Assembly (NCBI GenBank): GCA_038231275.1
Contig: JBBRLQ010000004.1
Span: 32,001-96,000, forward strand
Length of the DNA: 64,000 nucleotides
Direction: 5' to 3'
Origin: Polyangiales bacterium
Lineage (GTDB): Bacteria > Myxococcota_A > Polyangia > Polyangiales > Polyangiaceae
Part shown: piece by piece, positions 18,890 to 28,707 of the stretch
Layout of the letters: every line of letters starts with the position of its first letter
Numbering within the stretch: position 1 is the stretch's first letter
Translations under genes and position numbers: made by a program
The notes under the pieces: generated by a model
Databases searched by the model: none
What the model was told of the DNA's origin: nothing
Seen by the model: only the letters and a program-made list of their open reading frames with translations

Positions 18890-20268
18890 GGCTCCCTCCC
18901 GACGGCGTGAACGACGTCGATCTTGGCTTTTCGGTGTTCGTCCTGCACGCGCAGGTACTGACCCCGCGTCTCGATGAAGGTGCGTTGCGCCTCCAGGAGC
19001 TCGAGGAGAGACGCGCCGCCCCCGCGGTACCACGACTCGGCGATCTTGAGCGACGCATCCGCGCGCGAGAGGAGGCCCCCGCTCTCGTACACGTCGAGCA
19101 GCGCGTTGGCCCGCTCCTCGCGACGGACCGCGCCCGTGACGTCGTGCCTTACGATGAGCTCGAGACGCCCGATATCGTTCAAGACGCGCTTCTCCTCGAG
19201 ACGGGATCGCGCGATGCCGGCCTGGTTGCGGTCGAAAAGCGGGAGCGGGAGGCTCACGCCGAGGAGGACCGAGTTCGCGTTGTCGCCCGAGATGGTGAAG
19301 CCGGAGTGCGTGAAGGTCACGCCCAGCGCAATGTCGGGGTACGCCTCGCGCTCTGCCGACGCGAGCATCGCCTCGGCGAACACCTTGCCGCGGCGCGCGG
19401 CCTTCAAATCTGGCCGATCCTGGAGGGCGCGCGCCACGAGCGGCTCGACCGAGGGCGGTGTCCTCGGGATGGGCGCCGCCATCGCAGTCCCGGGCAGGTC
19501 CTTCGCCGTCGGGAGCCCCATGAGCTGCGCCAGGCTTTGCCGCGTGACATCGAGCTGCATTTGCGCGTCGATCACGAGGTTGCCGTACTTGATCCCCTCG
19601 AGCTCGATCTTGAGCCCCTCGAACTCGCTCGCCTCGCCGAGCCTGACGCGCGAGCGCGACAGCTTGACGGTGTCGTCGTAGCGCGACTTAATCGTGATCG
19701 AGAGCTCGTACTCCTGCTGTTCGCGCACCACGTCGGAGAACGCCGACCGAACCGCGTACGCGATCTCCCGGAGCGCGTCCTCGACGCGCAGACGGCGTTG
19801 CTGGATGCCGAGGTCGGCGGCTTTGATACGGGCCGAGCGCTTGGCCCATACGTCGATCACCTCGCTCACGCCGACGCTCTGGATCAGCTGCGAGAACGGG
19901 CCGGGATCGACCTTATTGTCGCCCTGCGGGTTCCCCTGACCGACGACGATGTTGCCGACGTTGTAGAAAAAGTTCGGGTTCCAGTAGAGCCCGGCGGCGA
20001 TGCGATCGACCTCGGCCACCTCGATCTCGAGCTTGGCAGCAACGACCTCGCGGCTTCGCTGCATCGCGATCGCCACGGCGCGCTCCATGGTGAAGTCTTC
20101 TTGGCCTGCAGGTGCTGCAGGTGCCGCCGGCGACGCAGACGACGTCGCGGGCGGCGGCGTCGGGGCGGTCGCAGGCTGCGCGGACGCGACCGACGTGACA
20201 GCGGCACCGAGCCACGACGCGATCACGACGGCGGACGAAGCGACGAGGCGCGCTTCAGTGCGGCGCAT
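18886..20268 (-). CDS. TolC family outer-membrane efflux protein (CzcC-like), system 1
   Basis: Signal peptide, RPDL, LPLPLFDRNQ and Y..G..SLLELLEAQRT. Confidence 0.9.
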   Translation of the reverse strand: MRRTEARLVASSAVVIASWLGAAVTSVASAQPATAPTPPPATSSASPAAPAAPAGQEDFTMERAVAIAMQRSREVVAAKLEIEVAEVDRIAAGLYWNPNFFYNVGNIVVGQGNPQGDNKVDPGPFSQLIQSVGVSEVIDVWAKRSARIKAADLGIQQRRLRVEDALREIAYAVRSAFSDVVREQQEYELSITIKSRYDDTVKLSRSRVRLGEASEFEGLKIELEGIKYGNLVIDAQMQLDVTRQSLAQLMGLPTAKDLPGTAMAAPIPRTPPSVEPLVARALQDRPDLKAARRGKVFAEAMLASAEREAYPDIALGVTFTHSGFTISGDNANSVLLGVSLPLPLFDRNQAGIARSRLEEKRVLNDIGRLELIVRHDVTGAVRREERANALLDVYESGGLLSRADASLKIAESWYRGGGASLLELLEAQRTFIETRGQYLRVQDEHRKAKIDVVHAVGREP

Positions 20269-23200
20269 GGTGCACCCCTGGCGTCGCGTGACCGCCCTCG
20301 TCCCCGCCGAGATCGCCGTCGCCGCCTTCACCGCCGTCGCCCCCGCGCACAGTCTTGGTGCGGTTGCGGCCGAACCAGCGATCGAACAGCTCGTACAGCG
20401 TGGGCAGGAGCAGCATCGTGAGGAACGTCGACGAGATGAGGCCGCCGATGATGACGATCGCGAACGGCCGCTGCGTGTCCGAGCCGATCGCGTGCGACAG
20501 CGCGGCCGGCAGGAGGCCGAGCGACGCCAGCAGCGCGGTCATGAGGACGGGGCGGAGGCGCTGCGAGACCGCGTCGAGGATGGCGTCCTGCGAGTCCGTT
20601 CCCAAGCGCTCGCGCGCTTGCCTCACGTAGGTGATGAGGAGCACGCCATCCATGACGGCGACGCCGAAGAGTGTGATGAAGCCGACCGCTGCCGACACGC
20701 TCAGCACCGTGTCCGTGATGTAGAGCGCAAAGACGCCGCCGACCGTCGCGAAGGGCACGTCGAGGAGAACGACGACCGCGGGGAGCACGGCGCGGAACGT
20801 CAAGAAGAGGAGCATGAAGATGACGGCGATCGAGACGGGCACGATGACCATGAGGCGCTTCATCGCGCGGCGCTGGTTCTCGAACTCGCCGCCCCACGTC
20901 AGGTAGTAGCCCTCGGGGAGCTTCACCTCGCGGGTCACCCGCGTCTGCGCCTCGTCCACGAAGGAGCCCATGTCGCGGCCTTCGATGTTCGTCTTGAGCG
21001 CGAGGAAGCGGCCGCCCTGCTCGCGGTTGATCTGCGTTCGCCCCATGTCGACGTGAACCTGGGCGACCGAGGCCAAGGGCACGCGCGCGTCCTGCGCGTG
21101 GACGTAGAGCGTGCCGATCCCGTTGGCGTCGCCTTCGTTGGGCGAGGGTAGCTTCACGCGCACGCCGACCTTGCGCTCTCCCTCCCACACGACCGTCGCG
21201 AGGCGCCCGCCGTACGCGGTCTCCACTACGTCCTCCACGTCGGTCACCTGGAGCCCGTACCGCGCGATGGCGTCGCGATCGATGTCGGCGACGACGTGCT
21301 GCGCGCGGCCGGCGCGGTAGACCTCGACGTCACGCGAGCCGCGGGTCTGGAGGAGGATGCGCTTCACCTCCTCGAGCCGCGCCTGCATGAGCGAGAGGTC
21401 GTCGCCGTACACCTTGATCACGACCTGCCCGCGGATGCCGCTGATCGACTCCTCGACGCGGTCCTTGATCGGCTGGCTGAAGTTGTAGGCGACGCCAGGA
21501 CGCTTTTGCAGCTCATGGCGCATCTGGTCGACGATGTCCGCCTTGCTTCGCCCGGTCGTCCACTCCTTGGACGGCTTCATCATCACGAACGTTTCGGACT
21601 GGTTGACCGCTTCGTCGTCGGTGCCGTCCTCCGGGTGACCCTGCTCGGTCAGAACGTCGCGCACCTCCGGGAAGGTCATCAGCGACTTGCGGGTCTCCCG
21701 GAGCACTTGCGCCCCCTTCTCGAGGGAGATGGAGCTCGGCATCGTGACTGTGATGTGGATGTCTCCCTCGTTCATCTCGGGGAGGAACTCGGTGCCGAGC
21801 TTGGGGATGAGGTAGACCGCGTACGCCAGCACCGCGAAGCCCGCGAGGCGCGTCGTGATCGGAAATTTCAGCGCGAGGCGGAGCGCCACGAGGTACTTCA
21901 CGCGCAGCCAGACCAGGAACTCCGGCTCGACCTCCTTCACCTTGCGGTTCTTGAGGAGCACCGTCGTGATCGCGGGCACCGCGGTCAGCGTGAAGAAGAG
22001 GGCGCCGCCGAGCGCGAACGCGTAGGTCAGCGCGACGGGACGGAAGATGCGGCCCTCGACGCGCTCGAGTGTGAAGATCGGCATCATCGCCGCGACGATG
22101 ATCGACATCGAGAACAGCGTGGGACGCAGAACCTCTTTGGCCGCGCGCGCGACGACTTTGGGCACGTCCTCGGGCGGCGCTTGCTCCTCGGCGAGGTGGC
22201 GGTACGCGTTCTCCACGAGGATGACGGCGCCGTCGAGCAAGATGCCGAAGTCGATCGCCCCCATCGAGAGGAGGTTCGCCGGCACGCCCATGTAATAGAG
22301 GCCGACGAAGCTCGTCAGGAGCGCGAGCGGCATCGTGATCGCGACGGCGAGCGAGCCGCTGAACGCGCGGAGGAAGAGCCAGAGGACGAGGGCGACGAGC
22401 GCGGCCCCCTCGATCATGTTGTGCGACACCGTGGTGAGCGTCGTGTCGACGAGGCGCGTGCGATCGTAGAACGGGACGATCTTCATCCCCTTGGGGAGGA
22501 CCTCTTTGTTGATGCGCGTGACCGCGTCGTGGACGCCGTCGAGGACGTCCTTCGGGTTCTCGCCGCGGCGGAGGAGGATGGTCCCTTCGACCGAGTCGAT
22601 CGCCTCCCCGCGCGCGACGGCGCCGCGGCGCGGAGTGTACCCCTCGACGACGCGGGCGACGTGGCTCAAGAGGACGGGCGTGCCGTTGCGCAGCGCGATG
22701 ACGGTCTTCTCGACGTCTTGCGGTGTCTTCAAGTAGCCGCGCGCGCGAACGACGAACTCGCTGTCGCCGAACGGGAGGTAGCCGCCGCTCGTCGCGCCGT
22801 TGGACTGCTGCACGGCCTCGATCAAATCCTTCAGCATGAGGCCGTTGGACTTGAGGCGGAGCGGGTCGGCGAGGACGTGGTACTCCTTCTGGAACCCTCC
22901 GAAGCTGACGACGTCGGCCACGCCCGGGATGCGCTTCAGATGGCGCGAAACGACCCAGTCCTGCCAGCTGCGCAGCTCGCTCGGCGAGTGGTGGTCGCTC
23001 TCGAGCGTGTACTGGAAGACCTGACCGACCGGCGTGTCGTTGGGCCCAAGGGTCGGTGTGACACCGGGTGGCACCTCCGCGTCCGGTAAGCGCTCCGCGA
23101 CTTGTTGCCGGGCGAAGTAGATGTCGACGCCGTCCTCGAACGTGACGATGACCTGTGAGAGGCCGAAGGACGTGATCGAGCGCTGCATCAGCACGTTCGG

Positions 23201-23428
23201 CAATCCGGTGAGCGCGCGCTCGACGGGGATCGTGACCTGCTTCTCGATCTCCTCGGCGGCTTGCCCCGGGTACAGCGTGATGACCATCACCTGCACGTTC
23301 GTGACGTCAGGGAACGCCTCGATCTTCAGCTTGCCGAGCGTGTAAACGCCGAACAAGAGGAAGCCGAGGCAAAGCACGAGGACGGCGACCCGCCGTCTGA
23401 CCGCGAACTCGATCAGGCGCTCCAACAT
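20255..23428 (-). CDS. CusA/CzcA family heavy-metal efflux RND transporter, system 1
   Basis: IEAFPDVT, TM4 MGAIDFGILLDGAVILVEN and RLRPVLMTA; His/Gly/Asp-rich C-terminal tail. Confidence 0.95.
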   Translation of the reverse strand: MLERLIEFAVRRRVAVLVLCLGFLLFGVYTLGKLKIEAFPDVTNVQVMVITLYPGQAAEEIEKQVTIPVERALTGLPNVLMQRSITSFGLSQVIVTFEDGVDIYFARQQVAERLPDAEVPPGVTPTLGPNDTPVGQVFQYTLESDHHSPSELRSWQDWVVSRHLKRIPGVADVVSFGGFQKEYHVLADPLRLKSNGLMLKDLIEAVQQSNGATSGGYLPFGDSEFVVRARGYLKTPQDVEKTVIALRNGTPVLLSHVARVVEGYTPRRGAVARGEAIDSVEGTILLRRGENPKDVLDGVHDAVTRINKEVLPKGMKIVPFYDRTRLVDTTLTTVSHNMIEGAALVALVLWLFLRAFSGSLAVAITMPLALLTSFVGLYYMGVPANLLSMGAIDFGILLDGAVILVENAYRHLAEEQAPPEDVPKVVARAAKEVLRPTLFSMSIIVAAMMPIFTLERVEGRIFRPVALTYAFALGGALFFTLTAVPAITTVLLKNRKVKEVEPEFLVWLRVKYLVALRLALKFPITTRLAGFAVLAYAVYLIPKLGTEFLPEMNEGDIHITVTMPSSISLEKGAQVLRETRKSLMTFPEVRDVLTEQGHPEDGTDDEAVNQSETFVMMKPSKEWTTGRSKADIVDQMRHELQKRPGVAYNFSQPIKDRVEESISGIRGQVVIKVYGDDLSLMQARLEEVKRILLQTRGSRDVEVYRAGRAQHVVADIDRDAIARYGLQVTDVEDVVETAYGGRLATVVWEGERKVGVRVKLPSPNEGDANGIGTLYVHAQDARVPLASVAQVHVDMGRTQINREQGGRFLALKTNIEGRDMGSFVDEAQTRVTREVKLPEGYYLTWGGEFENQRRAMKRLMVIVPVSIAVIFMLLFLTFRAVLPAVVVLLDVPFATVGGVFALYITDTVLSVSAAVGFITLFGVAVMDGVLLITYVRQARERLGTDSQDAILDAVSQRLRPVLMTALLASLGLLPAALSHAIGSDTQRPFAIVIIGGLISSTFLTMLLLPTLYELFDRWFGRNRTKTVRGGDGGEGGDGDLGGDEGGHATPGVHHAPH

Positions 23429-23540
23429 GCTGGGACTTCTTGGTTACCCCACCGCGGGCCGTCCGTGGGGCAGTAAATCGCATTTTGCTCCCAAAATTGC
23501 CTCATCTTTGCGGGACGTTTGGCCCCAAACCTGCTGCATA

Positions 23541-24353
23541 ATGGGGCGGATGAGACGGTACCAGCGCATTCGGGTGGAACGGGTCGGCAGCCGAGCGCTG
23601 ATTACGCTCGCGTACGCGAAGCGCCGCAACGCGCTGAGCCCGCAGATGACCAACGAGCTCCTCTACGCGATCGAAGACGCACGGGTGGACGAGGCAGTGC
23701 GCGTGATCGTCATCACCGGCGAGGGCAAGACGTTCTCGGCGGGAGGCGATCTCTCGTACATGACGTCCACGGGCGAGTCGGTTCGGCCCCCGCCGGTCGG
23801 CGAGCCTGACCTCGCGATGCGCGGCGACTACGCCGATCTGCTGCTCACCCTGCTTCGATGCGACAAGCCGACGATCGCGCGGGTGAACGGGCACGCGCTG
23901 GGCAGCGGCCTCGGCTTGGTGGCGGCGTGCACCTTCTCGGTTGCGCTGATGGACGCGCAGTTCGGGACGCCGGAGATCAACGCGGGCCTCTTCCCGATGA
24001 TGATCATGGCGCTGCTCGCGCGCGTCATGCCGCGCAAGCGCCTCCTCGAGATGATGCTCCTCGGCGAGAAGGTCGACGCGACCGAGGCGGAGGCCATGGG
24101 CATCTTGACCCGCGTGGTCGAGCCAGGGGATCTCGACGAGACGATTCGAGAGATCGAAACCCAACTCGTCCAGAAGAGCCCGCTCATCGTGAAGCTCGGC
24201 CTCCGCGCGTTCGCCGCGCAAGAGGATCTCGAGTTCGAGCAGGCGCTCAAGATGCTCCGCGAGCGCTTCTCCGGTGTTCTCGAGACCGAAGACGCCCACG
24301 AGGGGCTCGCCGCGTTCCTGGACAAGCGCGCCCCCGTCTGGCGAGGGCGCTGA
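23541..24353 (+). CDS. enoyl-CoA hydratase/isomerase (crotonase) family protein
   Basis: KRRNAL, FSAGGDL, IARVNGHALGSGLGL, FGTPE and EGLAAFLDKRAP.W. The start could be 23550. Confidence 0.92.
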   Translation: MGRMRRYQRIRVERVGSRALITLAYAKRRNALSPQMTNELLYAIEDARVDEAVRVIVITGEGKTFSAGGDLSYMTSTGESVRPPPVGEPDLAMRGDYADLLLTLLRCDKPTIARVNGHALGSGLGLVAACTFSVALMDAQFGTPEINAGLFPMMIMALLARVMPRKRLLEMMLLGEKVDATEAEAMGILTRVVEPGDLDETIREIETQLVQKSPLIVKLGLRAFAAQEDLEFEQALKMLRERFSGVLETEDAHEGLAAFLDKRAPVWRGR

Positions 24354-24377
24354 CTCTTCCTACGGATCCTGCCTCCG

Positions 24378-27300
24378 CTATAGATCCTGCTCCGCGGCCG
24401 TCGACGCCGGGGGGTTCCTCTTCTCGAGCCAGTTGTGCGCGAGGACGAGGAGCGGCGGCTGACGAATACGCGACAGGAGCGCGAGGATCAGCGAGCCGCC
24501 GATGACGACGACGGCGAGCGGCTTCTGCGTCTGCGCGCCGATGCCGTTGGAGAGCGCGGCGGGCAAGAGGCCGAGCGTGGCGACCAAGGTCGTCATGAGC
24601 GCCGGCCGGAACCGCTTCTCCGCCGCCTCGCGCGCGGCCTGGATGACGGGTAGCCCTTCGACGTCGCGGAGTCGCTGGAAGTACGTCACGACGAGGATCG
24701 CGTCTTGGATCGCGATGCCGAAGATCGAGATGAACCCCATCGCCGCCGACACCGAGAAGTGGATGCCGGTCACCAGCAGCGCCAACACCCCACCGGTGCA
24801 CGCCACCGGGATGGAGACGAAGACGATGAGTGTGTCCATCCACGAGCGGACGGCGCTGTAGACGAGGAACGCGATGAGCAGCAGCGTGATCGGGATGATC
24901 ACCATGAGGCGATCGTTCGCCTCCTTCAGCTGGTTGATCTCGCCGCCCCACTCGAGGTGCGTGTCGTAGGGAAGCTTCAGCTTCGAAGCGATCTTGTCCT
25001 GCGCCTCGCCGATCGTGGACTGCAAATCGCGGCCGCGGACGCTGAATTTCACCGGAGCGTAGCGCCAGCCGTCTTCGCGGAAGATGACCGCGGGGCCGTC
25101 CTCGAGCTCCACCTTCGCGATTTGGCCGAGCGGCACCGAGCCGTTGTCGGCGGTTGGCACGTTGATCTCGCGGACCGCCTCGAGCGACTTTCGGTACGGC
25201 TCGAGCCAGCGGACGGTGAGATCGAAGCGCTTCTCTCCTTCGAACACCTGCGTCACCGCTTGACCGCCGATCGCGGCCTGGATGACCTGCTCGACGTCGC
25301 CGGTGTTGAGGCCGTAGCGCGCGCACGCGGCGCGATCGGGCGTGATCTTGACGTTGGGCTGACCGAGCGAGCGGAACATGCCGAGGTCTTTGACGCCCTG
25401 CACGGTGCTCATGATGTCGACGATCTTCTCGGCGTTCGTCTCGTTGGAGCGAAGATCCGGCCCGATGACCTTGACCGAGTTCTCGCCTTTGACGCCGCTG
25501 ATGCCCTCTTCGACGTTGTCGGAGATCATCTGCGAGAAGTTGAAGCCGACGCCGGGGAACGCCTCTTCGAGCTCCTTCGAGAGCTCGTCGGTGAGCGCCT
25601 CCTTCGTCTTGCCGCTCTTCCACTCGCTGAAGGGGACCTGGAGAGGCGCGAAGAGCTCGATGTTCTGGAAGCCCGACGGATCGGTGCCGTCGTCGGGGCG
25701 CCCGTGCTGCGTGACGACGGAGCGGATTTCGGGGTGCTTGCGGTTGGCGTCGGTGCACTGGACGCCTGGATCGGTGGGGCACCCGCGGAGGATTGCGCGC
25801 ATGCGCCCGACGTACTTTTCGCCCTGCTCGAGCGAGATCGACGTCGGCATCGTCGCGCGGATCCAGAAATTGCCTTCCTCGAGCTTGGGCATGAACTCGC
25901 CGCCCAAAAAGCCGAAGAGTCCGGTGCCCGACGCGAGGACCACAGTCATGAGGAGGCCGAGCTTCGGGCGATCGACGATCCAGTCGCTCACCGGCGTGTA
26001 CACGCTGTGGAGCGCCCGCATGATCCAGTTCTCCTTCTCCTCGGTCTGAGCAGGGACGAACTTGGCGGCGAGCACCGGCGTCAGCGTGAGCGCCATGAAG
26101 ATCGCGCCGCCGATCGCGAAGGCGTACGTCATGGCCATCGGCGAGAAGATGACCCCGGCCACGCCGGTCATCGTGAAGAGCGGAAGGAACGCGACGCCGA
26201 TGATGATCGTGGAGAACGTCATCGGCCCAGCGACCTCGCGCGCGCCCGAGAGGATGCGCTCGCTCATCGAGCCTCTTCCGTGCGGGCCGAGGTGACGGAA
26301 AATGTTCTCCATCATGATGACGGTGGAGTCGACGACGATGCCGAAGTCGACGGCGCCGATCGAGATCAGGTTCGCCGGCGTCTTGCTCAAGTACATTCCG
26401 CTGAACGCGATGAGGAGCGCGATCGGGATGTTCATCGCCGTGATGATCGCGGCGCGCGTGTGGCCCAAGAAGACGAAGAGGACCACCGCGACGAGCAACA
26501 TTCCGACGATGACGTTCTCGAGCACCGTGTGCGTCGTCAGCTTCACGAGCTTGCCGCGGTCGTAATAAGGCTGGATATCCATGCCCGGCGGGAGCAGGTG
26601 GTAGTTCCGGATGTACTCGATGCGCTGGTAGATGCCCTCGAGGGTGGACGGCGTCTCGCCGCCGTAGCGCATCAGCACGATGCCCTGCACGACGTCGGGC
26701 TCGTCGTCGAAGCCGACGACGCCGAGGCGCGGGGCGTAGCCCACGTCGACGTGCGCGATGTCGCGGATGCGGATCGGGACGCCCTTCTGCTCGGCGACGA
26801 CGACCTCTTCGATGTCATGCACGCCGCGGATGAGGCCGATGCCGCGGACGTTGTACGACTGCTCGCCGATGACGAGGCGCTGCCCGCCGACGTTCTGGTT
26901 ACCGTTCTGGATCGACTGGATGAGCGCGCTCAGCGTGACGTTCTGGCCCTTGAGGCGGTAAGGGTCGACGCCGACGTGGTACTGCTTCGTCTCGCCGCCG
27001 AAGCTCACGACGTCGATGACGCCGGGGACCTGCTTGAACTGGCGCTCGAGGACCCAGTCCTCCGCCGTCTTCAGGTCTCGAACGGTGTAGCCCTTGCCGA
27101 CGAGGCGGTAGCGGAAGACCTCACCGATCGCGTTCCACGGCGAGAGGCCCGCCGCCATTCCCGGCGGCAGCGGCGTGAATTGGAGGCGGTTGATGACCTC
27201 TTGGCGCGCCTTCTCGTACGTCTGGCTCCACGCGAAGTAGCACTTGATGTCGGAGAGGCCGAAGAGCGACTGGCTTCGCGTGTGATCGAGTCCCGGCATG

Positions 27301-27524
27301 CCGGCGAAGCCGATTTCAAGGGGGATCGTGACGTACCGCTCCACCTCTTCGGCGCTCCAGCCGTCGGGCTGGGTGATGATCTCGACGAGCGGGGGCACCG
27401 GGTTGGGGTACGCCTCGATGTCGAGCTCCTTGTAGGAGATGATGCCCGCCACGACGATCGCGAACGTCGTCGCCAAGATGACGAGGGGCATCCGCAGCGC
27501 GAACGCGACCAGCTTCTGGATCAT
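24378..27524 (-). CDS. CusA/CzcA family heavy-metal efflux RND transporter, system 2
   Basis: IEAYPNPVPP, TM4 IGAVDFGIVVDSTVIMMEN and RFRPALMT. Confidence 0.95.
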   Translation of the reverse strand: MIQKLVAFALRMPLVILATTFAIVVAGIISYKELDIEAYPNPVPPLVEIITQPDGWSAEEVERYVTIPLEIGFAGMPGLDHTRSQSLFGLSDIKCYFAWSQTYEKARQEVINRLQFTPLPPGMAAGLSPWNAIGEVFRYRLVGKGYTVRDLKTAEDWVLERQFKQVPGVIDVVSFGGETKQYHVGVDPYRLKGQNVTLSALIQSIQNGNQNVGGQRLVIGEQSYNVRGIGLIRGVHDIEEVVVAEQKGVPIRIRDIAHVDVGYAPRLGVVGFDDEPDVVQGIVLMRYGGETPSTLEGIYQRIEYIRNYHLLPPGMDIQPYYDRGKLVKLTTHTVLENVIVGMLLVAVVLFVFLGHTRAAIITAMNIPIALLIAFSGMYLSKTPANLISIGAVDFGIVVDSTVIMMENIFRHLGPHGRGSMSERILSGAREVAGPMTFSTIIIGVAFLPLFTMTGVAGVIFSPMAMTYAFAIGGAIFMALTLTPVLAAKFVPAQTEEKENWIMRALHSVYTPVSDWIVDRPKLGLLMTVVLASGTGLFGFLGGEFMPKLEEGNFWIRATMPTSISLEQGEKYVGRMRAILRGCPTDPGVQCTDANRKHPEIRSVVTQHGRPDDGTDPSGFQNIELFAPLQVPFSEWKSGKTKEALTDELSKELEEAFPGVGFNFSQMISDNVEEGISGVKGENSVKVIGPDLRSNETNAEKIVDIMSTVQGVKDLGMFRSLGQPNVKITPDRAACARYGLNTGDVEQVIQAAIGGQAVTQVFEGEKRFDLTVRWLEPYRKSLEAVREINVPTADNGSVPLGQIAKVELEDGPAVIFREDGWRYAPVKFSVRGRDLQSTIGEAQDKIASKLKLPYDTHLEWGGEINQLKEANDRLMVIIPITLLLIAFLVYSAVRSWMDTLIVFVSIPVACTGGVLALLVTGIHFSVSAAMGFISIFGIAIQDAILVVTYFQRLRDVEGLPVIQAAREAAEKRFRPALMTTLVATLGLLPAALSNGIGAQTQKPLAVVVIGGSLILALLSRIRQPPLLVLAHNWLEKRNPPASTAAEQDL

Positions 27525-27534
27525 CTGCTTGTCC

Positions 27535-28707
27535 TCAGAGCATTCCGGAGAGGAGGATGGCGCCAGCGGTCACGATCTTCTGGCCCTTCTCGAGGCCGTG
27601 CGACACGGGGACCCATTTGCTCCCCTCGCCTTCGTCGACCGTGACCGGCACGCGCTCGAACTTGAGCTTGCCGTCCGGCGTCGTGCCGCTCTGGACGAAC
27701 ACGACCGTCTGGTCGCCGAGGCGCAGGAGCGAGGTCTTGGGAATGGCCAGCGCGGTGCGCTCCTCGACCGAGACTTGCACCGTCGCGTACATCTCCGGCT
27801 TGAGCAGGCGGTCGGGGTTGTCGAACGTGCAGCGCACCTTCGCAGTACGCGTGACGGGATCCAAGGTTCCGCTGACCCAGTCGACCTTGCCCTCGAAGTT
27901 CTTTCCCGCGTAGGCGACGACCTTGACGTTGGCCTTCGAGCCGACCTTCACGCGCGCGATGTCCATCTCGAAGACGTCGGCGATGACCCATACCTTGTCG
28001 AGCTCGCCGACCGTGAAAAGCTCGGCCGCGGTGCCGCCACCGTACTGGCCCTGCACCTCGATGCCCGGGCTGATGTTCTTCATGATGACCTCGCCCTCCA
28101 TCGGCGTGATCACCGTGTAGCCCTGCGAGACGTCGCCGCCGCCGCCGCCGGCGCGCAGGAGGTACGCCTTCTGCTTGGCGCGATCCATCTCCGCCTTCGC
28201 CTTGCGGTAGTTGTCCTCGCTGATCTCGAGGTCCTTCTGCGACGCGGCGTGGGCGTCGTAGAGATCCTTCTGGCGCTTGAAGTCGTGCTCGGCGGCGATG
28301 AGGTCGGCGCTGGCCTTGCCGACGTCGCTCGACGCGATGCCGATGTCCGGCGACTCGATGACGGCGAGGGGCGCCCCCTTCTTCACGCGCTGGCCGAGCT
28401 GCGCGTCGATGCGCGTGACCCGTCCGCTCACCGGCGAGTAGACGTGCGCGACGCGCTGATCGTCGAAGGTGACCTTGCCGCTCGTGAGGATCGTGTCGTC
28501 GACGTTTTGATCGCCGACCTCGGTGTACTCGATCTTCGCGTCCTTGATCTGCTGCGCCGTCAGCCATGCCTCGCCGGGCGGCGGACTCGCGCCGGTCCCC
28601 TCCGAGGCTTGCGATTTGTGACACCCGCTGGCGCAGGCCGCGATGGTCGGCGCGGAGGCGAGCAAGAGGAGCGCGGTGGCGGCGTTCAGCAGGCGCGTGC
28701 GGGTCAT
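27535..28707 (-). CDS. RND efflux periplasmic adaptor, system 2
   Basis: SPVSGRV..I...LGQRVKKG, VWVIADVFEMD, LDPVTRT and LKPEMYA. Confidence 0.92.
   Translation of the reverse strand: MTRTRLLNAATALLLLASAPTIAACASGCHKSQASEGTGASPPPGEAWLTAQQIKDAKIEYTEVGDQNVDDTILTSGKVTFDDQRVAHVYSPVSGRVTRIDAQLGQRVKKGAPLAVIESPDIGIASSDVGKASADLIAAEHDFKRQKDLYDAHAASQKDLEISEDNYRKAKAEMDRAKQKAYLLRAGGGGGDVSQGYTVITPMEGEVIMKNISPGIEVQGQYGGGTAAELFTVGELDKVWVIADVFEMDIARVKVGSKANVKVVAYAGKNFEGKVDWVSGTLDPVTRTAKVRCTFDNPDRLLKPEMYATVQVSVEERTALAIPKTSLLRLGDQTVVFVQSGTTPDGKLKFERVPVTVDEGEGSKWVPVSHGLEKGQKIVTAGAILLSGML

Noticed and set aside
24365-24395. Imperfect direct repeat GATCCTGC(C)TCCGC at the crotonase / RND2 junction
   Set aside because: Both copies are on the same side of the crotonase gene, so this is not a target-site duplication; probably a local micro-duplication.
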